DNA of 32,000 bases, taken from contig JAUWGH010000011.1 in the NCBI GenBank assembly GCA_030606485.1, positions 30,001 to 62,000 of the forward strand, read 5' to 3'. The notes under the pieces were generated by a model that did not search any database, had not been told where the DNA came from, and worked only from the letters and a program-made list of their open reading frames with translations. Origin of the DNA: Promethearchaeota archaeon. GTDB taxonomy: Archaea; Asgardarchaeota; Lokiarchaeia; Sigyniarchaeales; SOKP01. Numbering within the stretch: position 1 is the stretch's first letter; each line of letters opens with the position of its first letter. Position numbers and translations under genes: made by a program. This document shows positions 9,741 through 18,418 of this stretch, piece by piece.

Positions 9741-10409
9741 ATGGTTGATCCAGTTGAATTAACTAAAATTGTTGAGACAAAAGTATGCAGGAGTAGTTCG
9801 AGAAAGTATTATAGATTCCGTAAAACAAGTTTCTATGGAGGTTGCGCCACTGCTGATTGCTTAGGTTGCAATCTGAGATGTGCCTATTGCTGGGCTCAAA
9901 AAAAAGTTTGGACTCCTGAAAAATTCGGTAAGTTTTATACACCGAGAGAAGTTAGTGAAAAATTAATTAAAATGAATTACGCATTAGTGAGAGTGAGTGG
10001 TGGAGAACCGACAATTTGCAAGAAACATTTGCTTGAACTTATAAGTTTATTTCCAGAAAATAAATTATTCATTCTTGAAACCAATGGAATATTATTAGAT
10101 GAAGATTATATTGAGGAATTAAGCAATTTTAAGAATATTTATGTTAGAATTTCTTTAAAAGGAGTTGATGAGAAAACCTTTAAACAAATTACCGGTGCGG
10201 ATGGTGAAATTTTCAAAAACCAGCTAAATGCGTTGGAATTACTTAAGAAATATAGAATTAAAAGCAGAGCCGCTATTCTTGTTGATTTATTTTCTGAGAA
10301 ACAAATTGAAAGTTTAGGAATTCCCGACTTGGAATATGAGACTCTGATATCATATCCTTTTGTAATGAAGAGTTTGAAAAAAAAAGGAATTAAATTAGCA
10401 AGAAAATAA
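9741..10409 (+). CDS. Radical SAM protein (COG5014-like Fe-S oxidoreductase)
   Basis: YYRFR...FYGGCATADCLGCNLRCAYCW contains CxxxCxxC; also RVSGGEP and FILETNG. Confidence 0.9.
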   Translation: MVDPVELTKIVETKVCRSSSRKYYRFRKTSFYGGCATADCLGCNLRCAYCWAQKKVWTPEKFGKFYTPREVSEKLIKMNYALVRVSGGEPTICKKHLLELISLFPENKLFILETNGILLDEDYIEELSNFKNIYVRISLKGVDEKTFKQITGADGEIFKNQLNALELLKKYRIKSRAAILVDLFSEKQIESLGIPDLEYETLISYPFVMKSLKKKGIKLARK

Positions 10410-10452
10410 CTTTTAGAATATCTTGTAAGTTTTTATCTTCTTTTTTCCACTT

Positions 10453-11334
10453 TTAAACTTTAGCTGCATTCTTTGCAATCGCATCCACAATTTGTGGCCA
10501 AGTTTCAGGTGGCAAGCTATGTCCCATGCCATTGATAATTAGCAATTCTGCACCATATATTGCTTCTGCGGTATCTATCCCACCTTCAACGGGTACAAGT
10601 AGATCATCTCCTCCGTGAATTACAAGTGTTGGTACTTTTATTGATGCCAATGTTGACCTCCGATTACCACTTGCAAGAACCGCAGCTAATTGACGTGCGA
10701 AACCCTGCGGATAGAAACTACGGTCATACGCTCTTGTTGCCATTTTTCGCCTTCTTTTTTCATCGAAAGGAAAGCCAGTACCATAAAGAATCCGCCAACG
10801 TTTTACAGATTCCTCAATATAAGCCTCACGTTCAGTTGGCGCAGGTGTCATGACTACTTTCATTGCCTCTTGTTTTGGCTGTAGAAGGTCAAAATTTCCG
10901 GTAGATCCCATAATAGAAGTAAGACTTAAAACTCGGGAGGGATATCGAACCGCTATAACTTGAACAATCATTGCACCCATCGAAGCACCACAAATATGGG
11001 CTTCATCAATCTTAAGAGCATCTAGAAGACCAATTGCATCATCAGCCATATCTTCCAAAGTATAAGGAAATTCAATTTTTTCACCCCGTTGAGCCCCTAT
11101 GACTAATTTCATTATATCTGGCACACCTATTTCTTCAAATTTAGTTGATAAACCAACATCTCGATTATCGAATCGAATCACATAAAAACCATGATTTACA
11201 AGTAGTTCGCAGAATTCCTCTTCCCAAGAAATCATTTGAGAGCCAAGCCCCCTAATTAGAAGTAATGGATTAGATAAGGGATCTCCAAACGTGTCATACT
11301 CAATCTCGATATTATTAGCAATTATTTTAGGCAT
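10453..11334 (-). CDS. Alpha/beta hydrolase (esterase/lipase-like)
   Basis: RFDNRDVGLS, nucleophile elbow GASMGA, acid in HGGDDLLVP and His in GMGH. Confidence 0.9.
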   Translation of the reverse strand: MPKIIANNIEIEYDTFGDPLSNPLLLIRGLGSQMISWEEEFCELLVNHGFYVIRFDNRDVGLSTKFEEIGVPDIMKLVIGAQRGEKIEFPYTLEDMADDAIGLLDALKIDEAHICGASMGAMIVQVIAVRYPSRVLSLTSIMGSTGNFDLLQPKQEAMKVVMTPAPTEREAYIEESVKRWRILYGTGFPFDEKRRRKMATRAYDRSFYPQGFARQLAAVLASGNRRSTLASIKVPTLVIHGGDDLLVPVEGGIDTAEAIYGAELLIINGMGHSLPPETWPQIVDAIAKNAAKV

Positions 11335-11417
11335 ATTTATTCCCTTTTTAAATTACAACGGTTTATTATAAATTTTTATTAAATTAAAATTTCCTCTTAT
11401 AAAGTAAAATAAATTCT

Positions 11418-11870
11418 TTAAATGGAATCAAATATTTCTTCCATAATAATAGTTATTCCATTTCTTTTCAATAAAGCAGTCGTTACGCCATCGCCGTTAA
11501 TAATTTTACCAGTAAAAGTGCCATCATAGATTTTCCCACAGCCGCACGCGGGACTTTCCTGTTTAGCAATAAATTCCTTTACACCAAGCAATCTTATGAT
11601 TTTTAATACTTCATAAGCGCCCCGAATAAATTGTTCGGTAACGTCAGCACCTTCCTTATTAATAACTCGACATTGATTATCTAACACATCCTCACCCGAA
11701 TGCCTATGAATTTCTTGCGACGGTCGAGGAGTCGGCAAACCCCCTAACTGTTCAGGACAAACGGGTATCAAAATTTCCTTCTTTAATAAAGCAATAACCT
11801 TTTCATTCTTTCGATCCTTACCGTCCCAAGCACATTTCATCCCCAATAAACACGCACTACATAGCTTCAT
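11418..11870 (-). CDS. DUF523 (YbbK / thiouracil desulfidase TudS-like) [4Fe-4S] protein
   Basis: SACLLG..C.WDG, PVCPEQLGGLPTPR, K.ESPACG and GDGVTTALL. Confidence 0.9.
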   Translation of the reverse strand: MKLCSACLLGMKCAWDGKDRKNEKVIALLKKEILIPVCPEQLGGLPTPRPSQEIHRHSGEDVLDNQCRVINKEGADVTEQFIRGAYEVLKIIRLLGVKEFIAKQESPACGCGKIYDGTFTGKIINGDGVTTALLKRNGITIIMEEIFDSI

Positions 11871-12089
11871 TTTACACTCATTTTTTCCTTTTGTACCATT
11901 GTTTAATCTATTATTATAAAAATTTTTAACTTCTAATATATTAAGCGGATGAAAATTATAAATTTAAGAGATATTTTTGAGAAAATTACTAAATTTGAAT
12001 TAGTTCGAAAAAATTTAAATACTCTTATATCGTATTGAGATTGAAGTTAAAAAAATTATCTATTAAGCAACTTACAAGGTCGTGATTTA

Positions 12090-12851
12090 ATGAGTATTGA
12101 TTGGAATTCAGTAGAGGCTAAACCAGATAAGTCCCATAAAGTTATTGGACAGGCTCTTTTAGATTTGCGTGCAAAAGTTAATAGTTTAGAAAAACAGTTG
12201 GCAATCAACCGAACAGAGCTGGAAAAAACTACTAATGAATTAAATGCCACCAAGACAAAATTAACTACCACAGAAACTGACTTGAGCACAATTAAAGAGG
12301 AAAAAGAAAATATTGATAAGAAATTTACAGATCTTGAATCAACCAAATCCGCTTTAGAGAATGAATTAAATGATGGAAAAGCGAAAATTACTGAGTTAGA
12401 AGAAAAACTAAATACCTCTGCGGCAACCAACACTGAACTACTAAAAAAAATTGAAAACCTTGAAGCCGATTTAACTACAAAAACAAATAAAATCCAAACC
12501 CTTGAATCTGAAATTCCCTCAAAACAAGAAAAAATTAATGAATTAACCAACACTTTAAGTGAAAAAGAAAGCCAATTAGAAGAATTAAAATCATCTCTTG
12601 CCGAAAAAGAACAGACATTGAGTCAAATTACTGCCCAATTGGAAGAAACGAAGTCAGAATTGAGTGCATTTAAACTCCCTGAGATTGGCCCCGTTGAACC
12701 ATTTCGGAGAGAAGAGAGAGTGATATGCCCTATGTGTAGTGGAACTGCTATAAAAGAAATAGACGACAAAACCAAAATTTTATATTATTCAGGAACCAAA
12801 GCCATTTACGCAAAGAAAAAAATATGCAAAAAATGCGGATACGAATTCTAA
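12090..12851 (+). CDS. Long coiled-coil protein with C-terminal zinc ribbon
   Basis: Heptad-rich residues about 20-195, then CPMC...CKKCGYEF. Confidence 0.85.
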   Translation: MSIDWNSVEAKPDKSHKVIGQALLDLRAKVNSLEKQLAINRTELEKTTNELNATKTKLTTTETDLSTIKEEKENIDKKFTDLESTKSALENELNDGKAKITELEEKLNTSAATNTELLKKIENLEADLTTKTNKIQTLESEIPSKQEKINELTNTLSEKESQLEELKSSLAEKEQTLSQITAQLEETKSELSAFKLPEIGPVEPFRREERVICPMCSGTAIKEIDDKTKILYYSGTKAIYAKKKICKKCGYEF

Positions 12852-12890
12852 GAAATGAAACTCTAATAAAGTCTATAATAAAACCAATTA

Positions 12891-13076
12891 CCCACTAACC
12901 AAGTCAATCCCTCTACACCTAGGAACTATATGAATCTCTTATTTATTTGTTATCATAACAATTTCAGTAACTTCTTCAGTTGGTTGCGGCCTTATAAGTA
13001 CGTGGGCCCATCTATCAGAAAAAGCGGGATTAACATTTCTTGAATATGGAGTCTTCATAAAACCTTTATTTGTAAT
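12891..13076 (-). pseudogene. Decayed N-terminal fragment homologous to the FAD oxidoreductase at 3080-4609
   Basis: Translates ITNKGFMKTPYSRNVNPAFSDRWAHVLIRPQPTEEVTEIVMITNK*EIHIVPRCRGIDLVSG*, versus intact ITDKDFMKAAYSRNVDPAFPDRWADMIVRPQSTEEVSEIIKIANKYKIHMVPRGGGADLVGG. Nonsense codon at 12939-12941. Confidence 0.9.
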
Positions 13077-13191
13077 TCTAAAAATTGTTGTAATGGAAAA
13101 AAAATTAAAAAGCATATTAATTTAATTTTCTTATTCTTACTATAGAACAAACGGGTCAAAATATAAATAAAAATTCAATAAAAACTTAAAA

Positions 13192-14139
13192 GTGGAGCAA
13201 TTGGATTCCTTAGGATTAGTAATTAAAGATGAATTATTGCGATTTTTAGAAAAAGAATTTGAAAGTAGCAAGCTTAACCTTCTTCCTGAGAAATATAAGG
13301 GTGGAAAAATATTTTCTCATCCATTAATAGGCGTTGCTCAAGGTAATGATCCTATTTTTCAAAAGTTCAAAGAAGTTGTAGGTCCGGAACATCTAACACC
13401 TCTAGAAATGTGGGTAGGAAGTGGTCAAGATCAATTGTCAGCGTCTGACCTTTATGTAGTATCTATGGTGTTTCCTTTTACTGATAAGATTCGCAGGGAA
13501 AGTAATAATCCAATTGTATTGCCTCGAATAACATTACCAGCTGAAACTTATTCTGTTGCTAGAAATTATGGTAATGTATTCAAAAGGGATATAATGAAGC
13601 AAACAATTAATTTTTTAAAGGAAAAAGGTTATAATGCCGTATCTGGGATGTCCTGTGATGCTTATTCAGTTATTTTGAAAGGAAAATTTTATTCTACTTG
13701 GTCTGAAAGATATATTGCTTTTGCTGCGGGATTAGGAACCTTCGGTTTGCATGAAGGACTAATTACTGAAGTAGGGTGTAATATTCGATTAGCCTCAGTG
13801 GTCACTAATGCCCCAATTAAAGTTTCTCGAAGAAAGAGTGATGAACCTTACTCAAATTGTTTATATTATGCAAAAGGAACTTGCAAAGAATGTGCGAAAA
13901 AGTGCCCTGCAAATGCGATTACAGAAAAAGGACATAATAAAACAAAATGTAATAAATATCGCTGGAAGGTTGCAAGAAAAATGATACCACGTCTTGGTTC
14001 AATTCTGAAGCCTGATTCCCGCCGTATTAACTGGAAATTAAAAGAAGATATTTTCCTTGTAGGTTGTGAATTTTGTCAATTTGGAGTCCAATGTACGGAT
14101 AAAAACCCTATGGTCAGTGACTACTTAGATTTTGATTGA
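13192..14139 (+). CDS. Epoxyqueuosine-reductase (QueG)/reductive-dehalogenase-like cobalamin, 2x[4Fe-4S] protein
   Basis: WSERYIAFAAGLGTFG...GCNIRLASVVT, C...CKECAKKCPANAI and C...CEFCQFGVQC. GTG start. Confidence 0.75.
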   Translation: MEQLDSLGLVIKDELLRFLEKEFESSKLNLLPEKYKGGKIFSHPLIGVAQGNDPIFQKFKEVVGPEHLTPLEMWVGSGQDQLSASDLYVVSMVFPFTDKIRRESNNPIVLPRITLPAETYSVARNYGNVFKRDIMKQTINFLKEKGYNAVSGMSCDAYSVILKGKFYSTWSERYIAFAAGLGTFGLHEGLITEVGCNIRLASVVTNAPIKVSRRKSDEPYSNCLYYAKGTCKECAKKCPANAITEKGHNKTKCNKYRWKVARKMIPRLGSILKPDSRRINWKLKEDIFLVGCEFCQFGVQCTDKNPMVSDYLDFD

Positions 14140-14912
14140 GATTGATGCTTAAACCAGGTTACTACTGATTCAACCGTCTTCTCAAAAGCTTTGGGATCTG
14201 TAAGTTTATGATCTGCTCCTTCGATAACAATAAGCTCCTTAGGCTCTTTAGCCAATTCGAAAAGGCGGTGAACCCCCGCCAAATCTATTCCTTCATCTGC
14301 ATCTCCTGCAATTATAAGCAGTGGACGGGGAGCAATACTTAAAACCTCCCGAATAGGATTTAACTTTTTCGAATCCTCCAGCATACTTTCAAGGATTTCT
14401 TTGCTAATATCTGGATCACTCAATCCATGCATTTCGTCTGGTGAATTTTGCACCAAGTCTTCTACAGCGAGTTGAATAAGGGGGGAACGAGCAAATGCAA
14501 GCGTGTCATACACAGGTGCCCGAAGGCATACCACACTAATTCGATTATCGCGAACCGCAGCCAACACAGCTACAGCTCCACCATAACTAGCCCCATATAC
14601 TCCAATCCAGTTTTTAACTGAGTAATCAGACTCTAGCAGATGAGAAACAGCATTTCGGGCGTCTTTAACTTCTCGGGCAAGACTGAAATATCCTTCACTC
14701 CGACGGAATCCCCTAAAATCAAACGTTAAAACTAGGAAACCGGCTTCCGCTAGTCGAGAGGCTATACCATGCACTTGATCAGGAGACCCTGGAAGCCCAT
14801 GAAATTTACATATCCCCGGAAATGGTCCATCGCCCTCTGGAACTAAAAAGTTTCCCCTCAGCAACTGCCCCTCTGAATGAAATTCGGTTGGAATAAGACG
14901 GAAATTCGACAA
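14121..14912 (-). CDS. Alpha/beta hydrolase (S9/S15-like serine hydrolase)
   Basis: FHGLPG, FDFRGFRRSEG, GASYGG nucleophile, GDADE and GADH. TTG start. Overlaps the convergent gene by 19 bp. Confidence 0.85.
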   Translation of the reverse strand: MSNFRLIPTEFHSEGQLLRGNFLVPEGDGPFPGICKFHGLPGSPDQVHGIASRLAEAGFLVLTFDFRGFRRSEGYFSLAREVKDARNAVSHLLESDYSVKNWIGVYGASYGGAVAVLAAVRDNRISVVCLRAPVYDTLAFARSPLIQLAVEDLVQNSPDEMHGLSDPDISKEILESMLEDSKKLNPIREVLSIAPRPLLIIAGDADEGIDLAGVHRLFELAKEPKELIVIEGADHKLTDPKAFEKTVESVVTWFKHQSQSKSK

Positions 14913-15022
14913 TTAGTTTTCACTCTTCAAATTTTGTTCTCATATGATTGAGAGAATCCTATTAATTATTGATAAATTTTACTATAAATTTGTATTTGCT
15001 TATCTTTTTATAATAATTTCCT

Positions 15023-15167
15023 TTTTGGTTTCATTTTTCTCTATATAACAACTTTCGCAAATACCTTGACAAACATTTATAATTTTAATTTCAAATCTTT
15101 TACTATGTCAGAAACATCCAAAAAATTTTCAACCCCAGTATCAATAGCATTAATTATTCTTGGCGAT
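15023..15167 (+). pseudogene. Copy of the promoter plus first 21 codons of the ICMT gene at 15855
   Basis: ACAACTTTCGCAAAT..CTTGACAAAC.TTTATAA...ACTATGTCA then MSETSKKFSTPVSIALIILGD versus MSKTSKKFSTPVLIAIIIFAD. Homology stops at the Asp codon; the ORF 15105-15218 ends after 37 aa. Confidence 0.85.
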
Positions 15168-15433
15168 CACTCCTATCAATTTGCGTTTGGTATTCAAATT
15201 TTTGCACACTCATTATAATTTTATTTTTAACAGTCTAATATTTATAAGATGTAGATTTAAATTTTTGCCACTTTTTATTACACTTCTATAGATTGCTTTT
15301 TTATAAGTATCTTCCATAGGTATCATTATCTATATTTATTCATTCTATGGTAAAGTAAATTATTTTACAGAAATATATATAAATTCGAGTGGGTTTATTT
15401 ATAAACGTAATAAAATAACACAAAAAAAAGGGT

Positions 15434-15721
15434 GTGAAAATGCCAAAATTTATTGTAATTCATACAATACCGAAAAAACAAATTGAACAAATGGCCGAAA
15501 TTCCTCCTGAGAAAAATACCATGATTATTAATGCGAGAAAAAATCAAAATTTTGATGCCTATTGGGTTAGAAGCTGGGTGGTTCCAGATCAAGATAAGTT
15601 ATATTGTGAATGGAATGCTAAAGATGAAGAATCAATCCGAAAAGCATGGGAGAGTGTGAAAGGAATTGGAATTGACTCCATCAATGAAATGCAAATAATA
15701 GACGCAGAAGATTATAGGTAA
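15434..15721 (+). CDS. DUF4242-like small protein
   Basis: MPKFIVIH...WVRSWV...KLYCEWNAKDEESIRKA...IDSINE resembles the DUF4242 pattern. The start may be ATG at 15440. Confidence 0.6.
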   Translation: MKMPKFIVIHTIPKKQIEQMAEIPPEKNTMIINARKNQNFDAYWVRSWVVPDQDKLYCEWNAKDEESIRKAWESVKGIGIDSINEMQIIDAEDYR

Positions 15722-15770
15722 AAATGATTTTATCTTAAATAATAATAAAAATTTTTTTTAAAAATTTCTT

Positions 15771-15854
15771 TTTTGTTTTTTATATTTCTCTACATAACAA
15801 CTTTCGCAAATATCTTGACAAACCTTTATAATATTAATTTTCAAATCTTTAACT
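15771..15854 (+). promoter_or_regulatory. Archaeal promoter block (TATA box, probably leaderless), present in three copies
   Basis: TTTATAA at 15825-15831, 30 nt before the ATG. Near-identical blocks have TATA at 15076-15082 and 19984-19990 with the same spacing. Conserved upstream TTTCGCAAA. Confidence 0.65.
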
Positions 15855-16547
15855 ATGTCAAAAACATCCAAAAAATTTTCAACCCCAGTATTAATTGCCA
15901 TAATTATTTTTGCCGATGTAATGCAAGCGTTGCCTTTGATACTCCTCTCTGGAAACTTTCTCTGGATTGAAATGTGGATTTATCTATTAATATTTACCAT
16001 TTTCATGACTTATTCTATGTTTTGGTTAAGAAAAAACAACCCCCAATTACTTGAAAGTAGAACCTCAATGAAAGGGTCGTCGGGTTCAGATAAAATCATT
16101 CTGTCTTTACTCGGCGTTGTGTGTATTGTTTATTTTTTTGTAGTTAGTCTAGACGGTGGAAGATTTCATTGGTCATTGGTTCCAGTCTTAGTAAAAATAC
16201 TTGGATTCATTGGTGTAGCTCTTGGGTTAATTATTATATTTCTAGTTATGAAAGAAAATGCTTACGCTTCAAAAGTTCTGAGAATAGATAAAGAGGGAGG
16301 ACAAAAAGTAATTACTACGGGACCATATGCTGTTGTGCGACATCCAATGTATACCGGGTTTATATTAATGTTTTCTGGATTAACCATCGCATTGGGCTCC
16401 CTTTTTGGTCTTATTCCAACAGCAATATTAGCCATCTTAATAATAATACGAATTCCTCTTGAAGAAAAACTATTACACGAAGGACTCGAAGGATATACTG
16501 AATACACAGAGAAAGTAAAATGTAGATTAATTCCAAAGATTTGGTAG
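15855..16547 (+). CDS. ICMT/PEMT-family membrane methyltransferase (intact copy)
   Basis: ENAYASKVLRI...QKVITTGPYAVVRHPMYTG, RIPLEEKLL and RLIPKIW. Confidence 0.9.
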   Translation: MSKTSKKFSTPVLIAIIIFADVMQALPLILLSGNFLWIEMWIYLLIFTIFMTYSMFWLRKNNPQLLESRTSMKGSSGSDKIILSLLGVVCIVYFFVVSLDGGRFHWSLVPVLVKILGFIGVALGLIIIFLVMKENAYASKVLRIDKEGGQKVITTGPYAVVRHPMYTGFILMFSGLTIALGSLFGLIPTAILAILIIIRIPLEEKLLHEGLEGYTEYTEKVKCRLIPKIW

Positions 16548-17088
16548 AATATTAGTAAAGGGGGTTTTAATGTAATGGCAAATAATATAAATTACAATTT
16601 TTTTTTAATATTCTCTATTTACAATTGGGTTATTTATCAGATTTAATAAGTTTTTTCCTACTTTAGGATTGGCAAGACTAATTGACCCAGAAGGAGGATT
16701 CATAGGAAAGTACAGCCCTTTAGATAAGTAATGCCCAAAATTCCTTAACAGTTTCAGCTACTTACTTGAAATCAAAAAATAAGTATCAATTTTAGATAAT
16801 ACTCCCGTAGACTAATTGATGGATGTAAGTAAGTAAAAAAAGGGATTTATAAGACAAAACATTTCTATTCTATTTTAGAAATTAACTTTCAGAATAAACC
16901 AATTTTGTTTAATTAAATTTGTTTCATAACATTTTAATCATTTTATTCTTTATTGGATTACACAAGGGCTTTAATGATGGAAAAGTTTCGGTTATTAAAC
17001 CAGCTTTATTATTGATATTTATTTTTATTTTTTCAAGACTTTCCTTTTCTCATCGTCTTTTTTCTTCTTTTTTCTTTTCAGCTTCTAG

Positions 17089-17994
17089 TCACTTCTCTTT
17101 TATTTCTAATAACTCCCACACTTTTACCATTTTATCATATGATCCGCTGACTATGTAGTTTCCATCTGGAGAAACCGCAACCGAAAATACATCAGCTTTA
17201 TGCCCCCTAAGAGTGCGAATGAGCCTTCCCGTTCCTAATTCCCACACTTTTACCGTTATGTCCACTGGCCCTGCTCCGCTGACTATGTAGTTTCCATCGG
17301 GAGAAACCGCAACCGATAACACCTCATCTTCATGCCCTTCAAGAGTGCGAACGAGCATTCCCGTCCCTAACTCCCACACTTTTACCATTTTGTCCCATGA
17401 TCCGCTGACTATGTAGTTTCCATCGGGAGAGACCGCAACCGAACTCACATCAGCTTTATGCCCTTTAAGAGTGCGAATGAGTCTTCCCGTCCCTAATTCC
17501 CACACTTTTATCGTTTTATCAACTGATCCACTGACTATGTAGTTTCCATCGGGAGAGACCGCAACCGAATCCACAGGACTTTCATCCTCTTTAAGAGTGC
17601 GAACGAGCCTTCCCGTCCCTAATTCCCACACTTTTACCGTTGCGTCCAATGATCCGCTGACCATGTAATTTCCATCAGGAGAGACCGCAACCGAATTCGC
17701 CCAACTTTCATGCCCTTCAAGAGTGCGAACGAGCCTTCCCGTTCTTAATTCCCATACTTTTATCTTTTTGTCAGATGATCCGCTGACTATGTAGATTCCA
17801 TCGGGAGAGACCGCAACCGAATACACACCACCTTCATGCCCTTTAAGAGTGCGAACGAGCATTCCCGTCCCTAATCTCCACACCTTTATCGTTTTATCAA
17901 CTGATCCACTGACTATGTAGTTTCCATCGGGAGAGACCACAACCGACAACACAGTACCTTCATGCCCTTTAAGGGTGCGAATAGACAGTTCCAT
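17089..17994 (-). CDS. WD40-repeat protein, single 7-bladed beta-propeller
   Basis: Seven repeats of consensus TGRLVRTLKGH..V.SVAVSPDGNYIVSGS.DK.VKVWELG (42 aa; blade 6 is 44 aa). Confidence 0.95.
   Translation of the reverse strand: MELSIRTLKGHEGTVLSVVVSPDGNYIVSGSVDKTIKVWRLGTGMLVRTLKGHEGGVYSVAVSPDGIYIVSGSSDKKIKVWELRTGRLVRTLEGHESWANSVAVSPDGNYMVSGSLDATVKVWELGTGRLVRTLKEDESPVDSVAVSPDGNYIVSGSVDKTIKVWELGTGRLIRTLKGHKADVSSVAVSPDGNYIVSGSWDKMVKVWELGTGMLVRTLEGHEDEVLSVAVSPDGNYIVSGAGPVDITVKVWELGTGRLIRTLRGHKADVFSVAVSPDGNYIVSGSYDKMVKVWELLEIKEK
17107..17994 (-). repeat. Coding tandem repeat, 7 x 126 bp (one unit 132 bp)
   Basis: Recurring DNA such as GACTATGTAGTTTCCATCGGGAGAGACCGCAACCGA and AAGAGTGCGAACGAGC at about 126-bp spacing. 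Confidence 0.9.
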
Positions 17995-18279
17995 TATTTT
18001 TCCCTTTATATCTTAAAACATTAATTAAATTAAATTAGAAAAAATATAATTCTAAACATGTACTCTTTCAATAGAATTAATACTTTAGATACTTATAAAG
18101 TTTATAACATTCTATTTACTTATCATTTTACCTTGAAGTTGCAGAATTATTTAATCCCAATTACAAATTTAATTTCTTTTGTTAATTCTTATGGATATAT
18201 TTAAATATTTTTTTGTTGAGTTAGAATATTTTAGCAATGTTTCAGAAAATTTTTGCAAATGCAAGAGACAATATTCAGA

Positions 18280-18342
18280 ATATACTGAATACACAGAGAA
18301 AGTAAAATATAGATTAATTCCACAGATTTCCGTAGAATATTA
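18280..18342 (+). pseudogene. Isolated copy of the ICMT gene 3' end
   Basis: ATATACTGAATACACAGAGAAAGTAAAATATAGATTAATTCCACAGATTTCCGTAGAATATTA matches 16493-16554 apart from a few substitutions and one extra base. Confidence 0.85.
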
Positions 18343-18418
18343 AAAAAATCTTTCATTATTTAATTTGCGGGGCTTAATATACAAAAGAATTGACATATTA
18401 TCCATTTTGTGGTTCTTA

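Noticed and set aside
12056-12553. Antisense ORF over the coiled-coil gene, and other nested ORFs (2877, 3918, 5354, 10560, 16919, 27110, 28017)
   Set aside because: They have S/F/L-rich composition typical of the reverse complement of K/E-rich genes, overlap better-supported CDSs and show no motifs.
15792-15858. ACATAAC...ACTATGT block as an integron attC site
   Set aside because: The right end lacks the required GTT, I see no convincing internal hairpin, it contains a TATA box at promoter spacing, and no integrase is present.
7810-16547. ICMT genes as modifiers of a prenylated small GTPase
   Set aside because: The GTPase ends DEKSKR with no CAAX/CC motif, and ICMT/PEMT-family genes are widespread in prokaryotes.
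16630-16780. GC-richer patch after the ICMT gene that could be another relic
   Set aside because: Short frames exist on both strands (e.g. GLARLIDPEGGFIGKY) but I could not match them to any family or to another part of the window.
17050-17091. Selenocysteine or genome-wide TGA readthrough in the WD40 tail
   Set aside because: The TGAs lie in a K/E/R helix, not a redox motif. TGA ends other genes here normally (14139, 25973), and I could not identify a SECIS.
17107-17994. Regular DNA repeats resembling a CRISPR array or DGR template
   Set aside because: The period is 126 bp and in frame with WD40 blades. There are no unique spacers, no cas genes, no reverse transcriptase and no adenine-specific variation.
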